Shown here piece after piece: positions 1 to 13,480 of a stretch of DNA of 64,000 nucleotides (within the stretch, counting starts at the first letter, position 1; each line of letters begins with the position of its first letter). The position numbers and the translations under genes were made by a program. The notes under the pieces are model-generated. The model was not told the DNA's origin. It saw only the letters and a list, made by a program, of their open reading frames with translations, and did no database searches. The DNA is from Pecten maximus (Eukaryota). The stretch covers positions 52,204,001 through 52,268,000 of the forward strand of contig NC_047016.1 in NCBI RefSeq assembly GCF_902652985.1. The letters are read 5' to 3'.

Positions 1-657
1 GGCCATATTGTAAGAATTTAGTATTACAGAACAAGATCTGTTTGAGTTATATATACAACATATATTTTGTCTAATATTTTTTTTATTCAAACAAAGTAAG
101 CAAACCTCAACAAATCAGCACAAATGCTCTCAAAATACGTAAATTTCAGTAATTGAATACGTACACTTTTTACGAATTGAACATTCTTCAGCAAATATTG
201 AATATTTTATATACGACCGCTTAATTATTTTAGAGGGTATTACTTCATACAGAATACATGGCAATGTTTATCGCACTATTGTTGAAAATTTATTTTAAAG
301 TAAGCACCGTATATTTTACATTGGTAGATTTTAAAAGGTGTCATCTGTCAATAAAATGCGAAACTAACAATTTTGTATATGGTATTGTTTGAAATAAACC
401 CCTTAAATAAAACTTTCTTAATGTTTAAAATGATTCCAGAACAAGTTATATCAATTTATATTAATCACTATTATTGGCCCGGCTGGACGCGCGTGAAGGT
501 TGTTAGTGGGGGAGGGAATTGGAGTACACAGGGAAAAAAACTCGTGGCCGGGCAATTGGCTACTTTTCACGGCAGATCTAGAAATCGAGCAGCATGTGCC
601 TAGGTTATATGCAAGTGTGTTTGGAAACGTATAATCAATGTGTCCTTTGATGTTTAG

Positions 658-3600
658 GGATACTGGTGAAACTGTTGCTGTCTTTCTCTGTGTGGACCAA
701 TGGGAGAAAGCTGTTAAATGCAGAACAAGGCGGTGCTCTAGGAGCTGTTAATGGCCTTCGGTTCCTGAGCATGTCCTGGGTAATTCTTGGACATACTTAC
801 TCCTTCTCCATGGCCTATATCCGTAAGTTGTTCCCTGTAGTATTCCAAAATTACATGTGTAATATATTGTATAATATCAAAATATTTAGAAGAGAAAATA
901 TCATTGACGACGTATATCTATGAAGGTATAATGGCAGAATTTTATATATTTTTTTTAATTTCTTTTTGATTTCCTAGATACATTATTTATTTATTTATTT
1001 ATTTATTCATTCATTCATTCATTCATTCATTTTGCGGGTTTGCCGTATTTCTATATAATAATAGTATGCATGTCAACATCTTATTGATTTATTCTATGTA
1101 TGGATCACAAGAAATACGTTTTGTAGTGCACAAGGGACCAAACTAAAATCCTGAAAATAAAACATACTTGTCCAATGCTGAAAAAAAGACTAAATTGCAA
1201 TTATATGCGAGTTTCAAATCTGTCTATTATTTCTAGACATTTAATTTATTATAATGTAATATTCATCCGTACATGCACTGTAGTCATTGTAATATTTCGA
1301 CACAACCTTTAATAATGTCTTCATCCTTTGACGAATGTGTGTGTGTGTTTGTGTTTTCTTTTTGTCATCATATTATTGATAATTTGATGCCATTTTTTTC
1401 AGAGAACTTTACGTTCTTTACCAGTGTAGTATCCCGTTGGACGTTTATGGCTATAATCAATGGCCTGATGGCAGTCGATACTTTCTTCACTATGAGGTTT
1501 GTATAAGTTTTTATAGATAGAAAAATCAAAAGGACTTTTTATATTGAAGTCCAAAAATCATGATTCGCCCGAGTCGATTCCGAGTTAACGAGGCCTTTTT
1601 GTGTCGTGTAACATTAACTCATTGTTTATCTTGAATTTCTACAGCGGGTTACTTGTGGCGTTTGTGTTTATGAAGGAGATGAAGAAGGAAAAGGGTCGAA
1701 TTAACTGGTTTTTGTTCTACTTTCATCGGTTCTGGAGGTAAGTCATTATCAATAAGGTTGATGTAGTATGTTGTAGTATATGCCAAACCAATGAGCCAGA
1801 GGACCTCGATAAAATCCGTTGATGATTAACCCGTTATCAATGTATCTCCTGTGATTAACATTGAATCAACTCCTATTATTTCAATGTATCTATTGTGATA
1901 AAGATTAAATTGACTCCTGTTATTTTAATGTTTCCATTGTGATAAACACTGAATTGAATCCAGTCATTTCACTGTATCGACGTTATTTTCACACACCTTT
2001 TTTCTCCGTATCCTTTCGTTATTCAATTTAAAAAGAGGTTACATAAGTTGTTATACGATATCAAATAAGTCAAACTTCGTTAACTCGAACTCGGATAACT
2101 AGGACAACCCGTCTAACTCACAGTATTACTCCGGTCCCGGCCAAAATCCTTCTTTCTCTTCGTAATAAAAACTCGGATAATTCGAACTCGGATAATTCGA
2201 AAAACTCGTTTACCCCGAAGTAAAATGCTGGTCCCGATATTATAAAACCTATGTAAAATGTACCGTAAATGTAACATGCAATTTGCTAGTTAATCCTCAT
2301 TCCGAGATCTTCAAACCGGAGATAAAAAAATGCGGCACGTTTGTCGCTTGGTATGACAGGAGCAGTATATATATTGATGATGCATGATACAAGGTCTCAG
2401 TGTAAGTAAAACCATTAGGTAGATGAGTCTTCGAATTGCGTAACAAATTGAAATTTACATGAAATGTAGATACCGACTTACATTCAGAGATCAAAATAAT
2501 AACAAGATCATCGATTACTGGTTATCGTGAAATTCCGGTATGGGCAAATATGGAAGCTTTTTAAGTACTGAATTAGTATAAGAAAACTTAATGTAAGGGC
2601 ACAACGTTTCACGTCAGAAATGTCAACAACAAATTTTGTTCGGGAGCCAGTCACGACTTCATCTGATTAACGAGATCCACTTTTTGCGAATATTTATGTT
2701 TTCTTTGTTTAGCAGCGTTATGTTTCAAGGTTGATAACTTCCACGAAAATTCCGTATTGTAATTTGACCTCTTGTTAATATCTGTCCGCTAAGTTCGACA
2801 TAAATAATCGTGTTTTTTTTCTCAATATTATCTTTTGAACTGTTGCTGTGAATGTATAACTACAAACCGTTTTGATAAATGCTATATATAAAGTTATACG
2901 TTCCGTAAAATTATTCAATCTTTGACACACACAGACTCACGCCCGCCTACATGTTGATATTGATGATCAATGCAACACTATCTCGCTACCTTGGTGATGG
3001 ACCAGAATGGCCAAAGGATGGATTTGAGATTGATTCATGCTCAACCACATGGTGGACAAGCCTTTTATATGTGAACAATTTCGTTCATTCCGAAAAAATG
3101 GTGAGATCATAGACTGGTTTGATCTTGCTTGTTAAACATGTCAAATTTCAATGACATTTGACAGTCCAAGTCAATGCGTAAGATATATTGTAATGCTTTA
3201 TAGTATGTGACAGTTGCAATTGATTATTTTACATTTGTAAAGTAATATCTAATAGCATTATGCAATTGTAAATCAAGGTATAATAGTGTTTCACAAATGT
3301 ATATATACGTGTAGGTACATCATGCAATAGATTTTGCTGATAGCTTTCGACTAACGGAAACTATCTCCAAAGGATAACAATAGACAAAAAAAAAAAAAAA
3401 AAAGCAAGAAAACAAACACTCACAAAAAAACCGTATACTTCCAGTGAGACAAACACTTCAATTGTCTTATTCCTTATTTAACTTAGTGTGCACGGTAAGT
3501 ATAATGGGATAATCGAAGGTTATTTTACATTTTTATTCCATATAAACCTCACCTATATTTTTACCAATGTTATTATACATGTATATATTGTTTGTTCCGT

Positions 3601-6600
3601 TTAATATTATTCCACCATTGTTTTTCAGTGCCTGGGAGTAGCATGGTATCTAGCAAACGATATGCAGTTCTACATACTGAGCCCTCTGATGTTGGTTCCT
3701 CTGTACTTGTAAGCATACACATAATTCTTACTTCAGATAATACACTCCACGAACACGAACCAGCATGAAGTATTCTGTTGACATTTACCTCACATAAAAC
3801 TGCAAATATATTTTGGTTCATACTTAGTTATTTATTTACCGCAAAGGAATTACCTTGTCTTACAAGGTGGCGTTTAAACGCAAATAACAGATAAGTAAAT
3901 ATTTTTTTCCCTATTCTTTCTTTGTTTAGAAAGTACAATATAATCTATATGCACATATGTCATGATATCTCTTTTGTTCCTCAACTTGATACCGTGCATT
4001 GGCATAAACCTAAAAAGTGTTCTATTGAAAATTTCAATTAAATTGTTTGGGCAAAATACTAATATAGTTGTGTTTTATTATTATTCATATTCATAGTATC
4101 CTTATATATAAAAGTTAGCTACGTTATAATTTACTATTATATCAGATTAACATATACATGTAATATCATGCTGCTATCCATGTGTCTACTACAGCTTCAA
4201 AAAGATAGGAGTCCTGGTGTGTGCTGTGTTCCTGCTTGGCGTAACGGTGGCTACTGCTATCATATCAGCTACATATGATCTTCCCATCACTTTTGTTGAC
4301 GTGGCGTGAGTAAATTTTGTCTTTTTGGGGGAAAAAAACAAAATTATAATGCGTTGGATTTACTGTCAGAGTTGATTATGGATCAAGTCTATAATTCTTA
4401 AAAGAATTAGGAGCTTAAAATCCAAAAGGAAACAAAAGCGTTTATTTCTTGATTTCTATGTCAAAACCATGCTAAAATATTTCTATGACCCGTCTTTGGC
4501 TGAACCACGCATAGGACATCAGAGAATTTGATCATTTTATGTAAATACTTTATGTAAAAGTGCAATATGTGTTCGCTAGGAATTAACTGTATAAACACGA
4601 CTTTCGTAAAACTAAACGATTGATACATACAGCTGTATATGATTAAGAAGCGAAGATGGCGAGACAGTAATATCAACTGAAATCGATAAATTAATGATGA
4701 TATATTTGCATGGAGGCCATTAAAACATTACAAGAACATACACTGGTATTCCAGCAAAGAGGTTAGCGACTTTTGTTTCATAAACGACACCCACCATTTC
4801 ACTCTTCGTCAAATCGGGGTAAAATCGTGAGTGCGAAAATGAAAATCCGCTTTGGGATGATTGATTATTTTGTATCAGAAAAAAAACATAGGAAATAGCA
4901 CATGCGAGATAGTCGCACTTAACTGTTTACAAATCCATGAAAATCCAGACTTTTTTTTATTACATATTAAAATGTTTTAACATTTCAAGTGCATCTGGCG
5001 ACTATATGACGAAATACTACATCAAACCCTACTGTCGTATGGGGCCGTACATCGTCGGATTAGTCACTGGATACATACTACACGAAAAAGGACTGAATGT
5101 GAAAATAAACAAGGTTGGTTCTGAAACACGGACGTCTCAAACAGAAATATGGAGTGGAGAAGTTGTCTTTACTTGAGTTTCATTTTATGTATAGATACGA
5201 AATCAGATCATTGAACACAGTTGACTTGCTTTTAATAAGTACATATTGCAAAATACAAAATGCAAAGTACATGATAGGAGACATTTAAAAGAAAAAAATA
5301 GCGATATTCGTATCGACTGCAATTCCCATGTTGATAACGATCTTATTGGCTATCTTTACTACATGCATGGTCAAAAGTTTGAGGAGTATTTCATGTATAT
5401 CTATGCCGTTAAGGGGTAACTTGATTTATTTGGAATCTGAATATGATACACAATAATAATTAACAATGACGATCACAATTCTATGCTCATCAAATTAAAA
5501 AAAAAAACAGAAAAAAACAGAAAAAAAGAAAAAAGGAAATAAAAATGAAAAACAAACAAACAAACAACAACAACAACAACAAACTCCTTTAGAGTCATCT
5601 GTAATGTAAAAAAGTTGTTTATTTTCATTTCCAGTATGTCAATTTCTTCATTTGGGTAGTAGCAAGCGTTGTCGCTTGTCTAGTCGTTTATGGTATTTAC
5701 GATTCTGCGAACGGAGACCCTGTCAGTGTTGGAGTAGCCGCCCTTTACAATTCAACTTCAAGATCCTTGTGGGGAGCATGCATAAGCTGGGTGATATTCG
5801 CATGCGCTACCGGAAATGGAGGTATACTGAAACAATTTATATTTCAATGAATGTAATTAGTCATATCTTTTGTTTACGAACCATGGAGCTTGTTTTACTG
5901 TTATATCGTGTGTTTACTAATTATCAATAAATTAACTATGTATTACTTTTTGGGGAGAATTTATGAAAAGAAATATTTCCTCTACTATTTCTGTAACTAT
6001 GCTATAAAACCGCTTTAATCATGCAATCCATGCATAATATTCTTATCTTTGACAGGTTTTGTGAACACGATTCTATCCTGGAAACCGTTTGTGCCGTTGG
6101 GAAGGCTTACTTACTGTGCCTACTTAGTCCACATGATAATTATGTTAATGAACCTAATGTCAGCAAGAGAATACATCTATGCCACCGACAAAGCATTCGT
6201 AAGTGTTAATACTATCTATGTCACCGACAAAGCTTTCGTAAGTGTATTAATACAATCTATGTCACCGACAAAGCTTTCGTAAGTGTTAATACTATCTATG
6301 TCACCGACAAAGCTTTCGTAAGTGTTAATACAAATGCAGTATTTAGAAAATCGGTCAAATGGATGCAATTTATCTTCTAAATGTTAATTATGGAGCTTGT
6401 TCCGAAAGCTACATCGTATATATGTTTGGGATGAAAACGGCAATATATTTTATTTATAAATTATTTAAAGCACATGGTACATAACTCACTAGCGTAATCA
6501 TCCGTAAGGGTCTCGTTTTCATATACAGGTGATAAGATGTATACTTTCAAAATTAATTAGGCATACAAAATGTATATGTGAACGCATATGTGTTTTAAAT

Positions 6601-7369
6601 TTGGTTTGTTTGATTGAACGAAAAGGGTAACCTTAAAATAAAAAAAGAAGGCATAATGCCAACACACGAATAACTAGCCAAATTTACATTCAATACATTG
6701 GCGATTTTGTGAAATAGTGTTGTAATATTTAAATAGTGTATCTGAATATCTTTAATTTTTAAAGCATCCCCGTAACTTGTATCAAGTAGTTTCACAAAAA
6801 AAAAAAAAAAAAAAAAACAGAAACAGAAACAAAAACAAAACAAACAAAAAACAAAAAAACACCAACATGAAGATTTTCATCATCCATCGTCCATGGACCA
6901 TTATCTTGAACGGAGAAATTATACAGAATACGTACAGTATTATCAAGGGATTTTATTGTAAAACCGTACAAGATGTTTTTACTTTAATGTGATGTTTTCG
7001 ATGATTATATTTAACGATTTTATCAAGGGGTTTAAAGGAAAGTGGATGAAATATTTAGGAAGATTTTGAAACGAACCATAATTTTCTCTTCGCCTTTATT
7101 GTCAAGATATTGTTTTTAACTTATTATTTTTTCCTAGAAAAAGGGAAATTAAAATTTCCTTAAAAGAAGATTTTTCATTTTATTGAAAAAAATAATTCAT
7201 TTATAAGGTATGATTTTATTTGCAGATTTTTCTGTTTCTGGGTTACATGGTGATGTCGTACATGGCGGCCTTTGTTCTCTCCCTGGCGTTTGAAGCTCCA
7301 ATGATGGCCTTGGAGAAAGTTATATTCCGTAGAGGGGGTGGAAGAAAAGAAGGAAAAACCAAAAAGTGA
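658..7369 (+). CDS. Nose-resistant-to-fluoxetine-6 / O-acyltransferase-like protein (acyltransferase-3 family), 3' part of a multi-exon gene; 5' exons lie upstream of the window
   Basis: Ten phase-consistent GT-AG exons: 658-822, 1403-1496, 1645-1737, 2935-3100, 3629-3708, 4195-4305, 4990-5113, 5635-5821, 6056-6198, 7226-7369 (TGA). Spliced protein has family motifs NGLRFLSMSWVILGH, AVDTFFTMSGLL, FYFHRFWRLTP, WYLANDMQFY, YIKPYCR, PLGRLTYCAYLVH and FEAPMMALEK. Confidence 0.93.
1820..1975. repeat. Degenerate ~44-bp tandem repeat in intron
   Basis: About 3.5 copies of ttatttcaatgtatctattgtgataaa...attgaatc-like units. Confidence 0.6.
2068..2240 (+). mobile_element. Tc1/pogo-like MITE terminal fragment
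   Basis: agtcaaacttcgttaactcgaactcggataac followed by repeated ctcggataattcgaa subterminal motifs, typical of invertebrate Tc1/pogo MITEs. Other terminus not identified. Confidence 0.45.
6175..6332 (+). repeat. 39-41 bp tandem repeat spanning an exon/intron junction (four GTAAGT donors)
   Basis: Unit atctatg(t/c)caccgacaaagc(t/a)ttc|gtaagtgttaatac; GT at 6199, 6238, 6279 and 6318. Confidence 0.9.
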
Positions 7370-7531
7370 AGACAGGCATGACATAAAGTCACGAAAGATG
7401 TGATTGGAAATGAGTAATATTGTTGATTTTTTTGATTTTTTCTCGAAAATGACAGTTTAAATGTCTAATCATTCATAAAGACATGTCATTATACTCGTAT
7501 TATATTTTTACTGATTAGAAAATCTGTATGC

Positions 7532-7537
7532 AATAAA
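7532..7537 (+). promoter_or_regulatory. Putative polyadenylation signal of the acyltransferase gene
   Basis: AATAAA about 160 nt after the stop codon. Confidence 0.45.
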
Positions 7538-8494
7538 TATGCAACTTTAAAATACATCTATTTTTAAACTTCAACATTTTTTTTATGATATATGTTTTGT
7601 TTACTGCAACTTCATCATGTGGTATTTTATCAAAGAATTTCCCGACATTGCTATTCACAGAAATCGCGGATGTTGTGTAGACATGAATTTAATTGATATG
7701 AATCTGTTTACCGTAATAAACCTCCTGATATATGTTTAGCATATAAGTACAAATACCTATATGTTCAATAACGAGAAGTTCTTTTGAAAATGTTCGATAC
7801 ATGGACATGCTATCATTGATATATAACTCTCAGCGATTAAACTTCGGGTTTTTTGACGCACTTTGTGGACAAACTATTCAGATGAATGCGGAGTTTTTGG
7901 TCATAATACTTCAGTTGTCAGCTTATATATATATATGTGTATAAACTATGCATATAAATGTATCTTAAGTTCAACTTTTTTCTACTTTCAACTTCGGAAT
8001 TAATTTAAAATCACACTCACATTGAAACATTACCAAATGTTTTATAAATCTATTTTTATTTTTTCAAAATGTTATTAAGGTATGTTGATGATATATTTGG
8101 AGCAAAGAAGTTTTCTTTAAAAAAAGAAAGGGAGAGAAATAGGAAAAAAAGGAGAGAAAAAAAACCGGCCGATAAAGTTATTATAATTATGATACCCTTG
8201 TACCAGAAATATCTATACCAGCCCTATAATTATTTTTAATTTGATTACATTGAACATCATTATGTCCATACATCTGTTTCACTATGCCATAATATCTGAC
8301 GTTGTCTCGGTCGGGCGGAGTAGGAAACCCGTGTTGAACCTTGTTGTAAGATCTTAAAGTCAATATATACTATTTATGGGATTTCTCTGCGGAAATTTTT
8401 AATTCATTTATAGATACAGTATACAATACTTCTTTAATCAAAATGAATTGAGCGAAATTAATACCAGAAATAATTACACATAAATCTGTGACAC

Positions 8495-8560
8495 ACGAAC
8501 TACCGACCCAGAGGTGACTACAGTGTCAGAACACCTTAACTTCGGCCACCGCCTTACCCC
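8495..8560 (-). mobile_element. tRNA-derived SINE head fragment
   Basis: Reverse strand gcggtggccgaagttaaggtg...ctctgggtcggtagttcg resembles the head of the full SINE at 35462. Confidence 0.6.
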
Positions 8561-8576
8561 CCCCCCCCCCCCCCCC

Positions 8577-8970
8577 CAACACGACACGACACAACACGAC
8601 ACGACACAACACGACACAACAGAGCACAACACGACACGCGACACAACACAACACAACACAACACAACACAATACGACACGACACGACACAACACAACACG
8701 ACACAACAGAGCACAACACAACACGACACAGCGCGACACAAAACAACACAACACAACACGGCACAACAGAGCACAACACGACACGCGACACAACACAACA
8801 CGACACAACACAACACAACTGAGCACAACATGACACGACACGACACAACACGACACGACATGACACAACACGACACGGCACGACACGACACAACACGGCA
8901 CGACACGACACAACACAACACGACACGACATGACACAACACGACACGGCACGACACGGCACGACACAACG
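8577..8970. repeat. Pentanucleotide microsatellite (CAACA/CGACA)n
   Basis: Direct inspection; explains the spurious VVSC/TTQH ORFs here. Confidence 0.95.
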
Positions 8971-10540
8971 CGAACGATTCCATGCAATCTATAGGAATAA
9001 ATGTCTCCTTCTTCGAAACAATAAGAATTAAGATCAAACGCAGCTATTCAGAAGATGAATTGAGTACAACGTGCTTCTCATACTGCTGTTTTTGTATGAA
9101 GGATAATAAATACATTATGACAAGCGGATAAATGACTCCAGTTTTATATGTCAAATGATGTGTAACAAAATACTGATACCTTTATCGGATTTATCAGCTT
9201 TTCTTTAGAAAATGTGATTTATTTTTTTTATTTTGAAGTGTCGTTTTCCACTATTTGTTTGGTATTTGTGTGTATTATATACCTGGCTTCTTTGCTATCT
9301 TACAAGGATACAAACAATTGGTGCTTTAAAATAAATATTACGAATGGAATATACAGATTGGACTTTTTTTCTTCATTTTTTTGGGAGGGATGGGGGTGTT
9401 GGTGTTGGTGAAAAACGTCATTTTGCAGATTCTTAGAACGTCTACACATGATTTTAACCAGTGTCTTCTTTTTTTATATGTATAACCGGAAGAAATCTCA
9501 AAATGAATGGGATAGTTTGAGATATTGTATACCTAATTATATGCCATAACGTGTCGGCCTTTTCATCCTCAGACATGCTGATAAATTGTTGTAGAACTGA
9601 TATGATGGTGCATATTATGTCGCTCAATCACAGAATTCCTCTTTATATTGAATCGTTCTAAAATCATTCTGATACAGAAATCTGAACGCAGCAACTGACA
9701 TTATATCTGCAAGAGTTGTGTCCCTTCTTTCAAAGTGCCAAGTACAGTGATCTGTATGAAGGAACATTCCAGTTCCGCCTGATCAAAATATAGAATAAAT
9801 CTGAATTGAAACAGATATATCTTTATAGACTTATGATGTCTGTCAATTTTCTGATTAATAGTAAGTGCGTTTCTTGTTACCGTTAATTACAAAATTGACA
9901 AAATTGGCCTTGTATAAAATAAAGTTGTCGTCCTAAAATTATCTAATACTATCTGACTGATATAATTATATATATATATTTACATTCTGTTTTGCATTTG
10001 CCTATATGTCGTTAGTAAACCAAATTGTATTCATGAGACTGTATACTACAATTTACAGTGATTCGGTCAGAGTAGGAATACAGCCCCAGGTGTTGCTGGT
10101 CAAAACAATGGCCGCCAGTTACTTTCGGCCTGGAGAGATTTCGAATGCTAGCATTTATTATCCACAACGCAAAAAAGAAAGCAACTTCACAAGTTATGAG
10201 AGTAATATTTTATGATTAAAACAAAATGTAGTCAACACAAAATAACTATAAGCGCCGTTCTTGATCTAAGAATGATCGAATTGTCAATGTCGTCACACTC
10301 ACAGGGGCTCGTTTCCGAATTGTCGTTAATGAGGGACTATATTAATCATTCTGGCAGTTTCGACTGTTCCGGTATTTGAACCTGATGACGTCAGTGATAG
10401 GGGAAGCGGCAAATTTAAACGCGTCTTAAGCTACAGTAAATAAAAAAAAATTATGAATGTAAATATAATAAATGTACTGATGCGTACTGGTCATGCGACC
10501 GGGAAACATGGACATTATACATCAGCAAAGAATAAATAAT

Positions 10541-12741
10541 CTATTTCTTTTTGATAGCAAGCATTGCAAAACTTTCGCTGGACGAGGATGGATTCCATTT
10601 TCCGCCTTCACTCACTACCGTTTGAGTGCATTTGACTATATCGAATCCACATTCTGTGTATATTTGACCGATGCTATTTTGAGATAGAGGGACACACTGG
10701 AATTTGAAGTGCCCTACATCATAATGTGGGATGTTGAAGGCACCCAGTACAATCAAATGACCACCAACTTTCAGCAAAGAAGCCACATTTTGTACGTTCT
10801 TATGGTACTCTTCCAAAGTCTGCGAAGCTGATTCTAAACATAGACTTGTCGTAATTACATCAAACTGGAGAGGATGGTTTCCATTCCCTAGAGGATTTCC
10901 AGATCTAACGTCAATTGGAAGAATTCCACGAATCTTTGTCTTCATCATTTGCTGTCTTTCTTCAATGGAATTTCTTAAATAGATAAATAAAGAAATAAAT
11001 ATTACCATATAATAAATAAGCATTACCACAAAAGAGATAAATGAATAAATTCATTAATTGTCATCACTTACATAAATATATGCATTAGCATTGATCAAGT
11101 AAATATTCAAGTAAGTATTACCATTAAATAGAAAGATATTGTCATTAAATTAATAGATAAAGAAACATGTACTAACATTTAATCAAAACATGAATAAATA
11201 AAAAAATAAAAAAAATATTACGATCAAGCAAAAATATGTATATAGAAATATTTAAGTAAATCTTACCATTAGATAAATATTACCATCAAGTTAATAAACG
11301 AACAAATATTATCATTTAATAGTTAAATGAAGAAATAAGCAAATACTGGCTTTGAATAAATAAATATATATTACAATAAAAAAAAAAAAAAAAAAATTCC
11401 AATCAAAAGAAAAAAAATAACCCAATCAAATAAAAGAGTAAATCAATAATTGCATTGAAAAATAAATAAATTAATAAAAAACTAATATTATATTTAAATA
11501 AATGAGTAGATAACTATTGAAAGTATAAATTTGATTCTACCATGTTTGCCTGTAACGCCAGTTTTGATTGGTTAAAAACCATGTATTATTTTCCAATAAC
11601 CCACGCTCGTGCCAATAATACACGCTCGTGAGTCACGGCTGTTACAATTTTAAATATCTAATATTCACCCGTTTCATAAAAGGTTACTATAGTCGAGTGG
11701 GCTAATGGGTTAGTCTTTCAATATATTTTTATCACGACGCGAGTTCGAATCCTACGGAGGCCCCCACTTTTTTTTTTTTTTTTTTATCCTTTTTTTTAAT
11801 TTTCAAAATCAATGCCATATGATAGATGCTCTTGATCGTAGTACTGTATTGCCTGTATATTTCATCAACAAATAATGCAATACTCAAGAAATAAATTACA
11901 AGGTTTTCCCAGGGTTTCTTTGCTGTTTTTCTATTAGAAAGAGGTCGATCTCAGAACTAAACAGTACATGGTAGAATAGAAATAATCAACTTTGACTCGT
12001 GTATTGTTGCAGGATATACAACTCGGACTCGGATAGTTTGCAATTTTAATTAATAACTCAGGCCTGTGGCCTTCGTTATTAATTTAATTGCAAAATATCC
12101 TCGTCCTCGTTGTATATCCTGCAATAATACACGAATCATCGTTAATTATTTCTTAAATATACTATGTAAATCATACGTATTCTAAAACGTACATGAACTT
12201 ATAACGATCATGGTAATTCCTTGTAGATATGGTTAACATTATTAGACGTACCTTGCATTCTCTTTCTTTAAGACATAGTCCGTTAATTCTTGTTCAGACG
12301 TTTGTTCACTTTTCCACCAATCATTCAAGAGGTCGCGACTTTGCTTATTGACGTCACTGAGATAGATATTATCAACGTGACCACATGAACTGAGTATGGT
12401 ACGGATGGTCGGCCCAGTCCCTACATCCAATAAGTTATGGCCCCTTACTGCACCTATTCAAATTTTAAAACAAATATGGTTAGATGGATGATTAACGATA
12501 AACAGTAGGACAGGTAGAAATACACAGGGCAATAGGAATGAGAGATATATTGCAATCAGTGTAATAAATCATCTTCTTTTTAATATACAAATGTACCTGA
12601 ATGAAAGATATCGTGAAGAGCGTCCACATTAAATAGAAGAATCTTCTTCTCTGCCTCGTCACCAAAAGAAAATCCGCGATCACCAATGTAGGCCTGGGGG
12701 TCAAAGTTATCATAGTCTGTAGTTTCGGTTAAAAACGACAT
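10541..12741 (-). CDS. NNMT/INMT/PNMT-family SAM-dependent N-methyltransferase, complete 3-exon gene
   Basis: Exons 12741-12597, 12453-12252 and 10973-10541 with canonical GT-AG and matching phases. Motifs FDPQAY, LLDVGTGP (SAM motif I), IYLSD, FDVITTSLCLESAS, LLKVGGHLIV and YDVG...F; three-exon layout as in vertebrate NNMT. Confidence 0.92.
11534..12157 (+). mobile_element. Palindromic non-autonomous element (Crypton-like architecture) in methyltransferase intron 2
   Basis: Short IR attctaccatgt (11534-11545) / acatggtagaat (11966-11977), immediately followed by a ~175-bp imperfect hairpin (11978-12153) with a ggcc-tgt-ggcc apex. Confidence 0.7.
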
Positions 12742-12807
12742 CCTGCTCGGGAAAATTACAAACACAGGTTAGGCCAGTATTCTTCCTGAAAATTGTGAAA
12801 CATGGTC

Positions 12808-12815
12808 TTTATATA
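12808..12815 (-). promoter_or_regulatory. Putative TATA box of the methyltransferase gene
   Basis: TATATAAA on the - strand about 70 nt upstream of the ATG at 12741. Confidence 0.5.
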
Positions 12816-13480
12816 CTGATGTGTGTATCATCATTTCATCTTCAATGGAGTCAAAAATAAAAACAACGATTGGCTGAAAAACCAATGAATATTTGATGTT
12901 TGCAATTCTTTGATCATTATTCAACAACAGAATGTTATACACATATATTTGCTTTGTTCTTTTCATTCTTACCCGGTACCTGTAATAAATGTTCACATTA
13001 GAATAATAGGCGCAGTCGTCAACTCATCATCAAAAAAGCCATGCCTATTTATTATGCTGACGGTGATTAAATACAAAAATATATACTTATTAGTGCAAGA
13101 TGTTACAATCACAGGTGGTCAGGTGGTAAAATTTAACCGATAAAATTCTAAATGCTAAAGTAGCATACTCACCACTTATCATCGGTGTTGTTTTAACTTT
13201 TGTGATATCTTCGCAAACATGCAGAGTTGCGAAAAGAATTTTCCGAAAGAGATTTAAGAACCGAAAGAAATAATTAAAAAAAAACACCCAACAACACTGC
13301 AACATAGCGAAGAGAAAGTATATCAAGGTTGCATTGACAACATGGACAGCCAATATCAGCCCTTTCATATGTGTAAACTTTAGTTATTTTACAACAGTTG
13401 CGACAAAAGGTGTGTAATTCTATATAAATCTCGATTGTGGACGACTCAGATTTCTGAGCGCGAGGGGGATTACTGTTAGA

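Noticed and set aside
1580-2090. Inverted pair (cgagttaacga / tcgttaactcg) flanking exon 1645-1737 as a splicing regulator
   Set aside because: Only about 11 bp, and most simply explained by MITE terminal fragments.
8474-9037. Cys/Val-rich or Thr/Gln/His-rich ORFs
   Set aside because: Translations of a pentanucleotide microsatellite that is open in several frames.
11690-11765. tRNA gene
   Set aside because: A/B-box-like motifs inside a transposon-like element, with no convincing cloverleaf. Other tRNA-like pieces (33080, 35462, 39556, 56215) are SINE heads.
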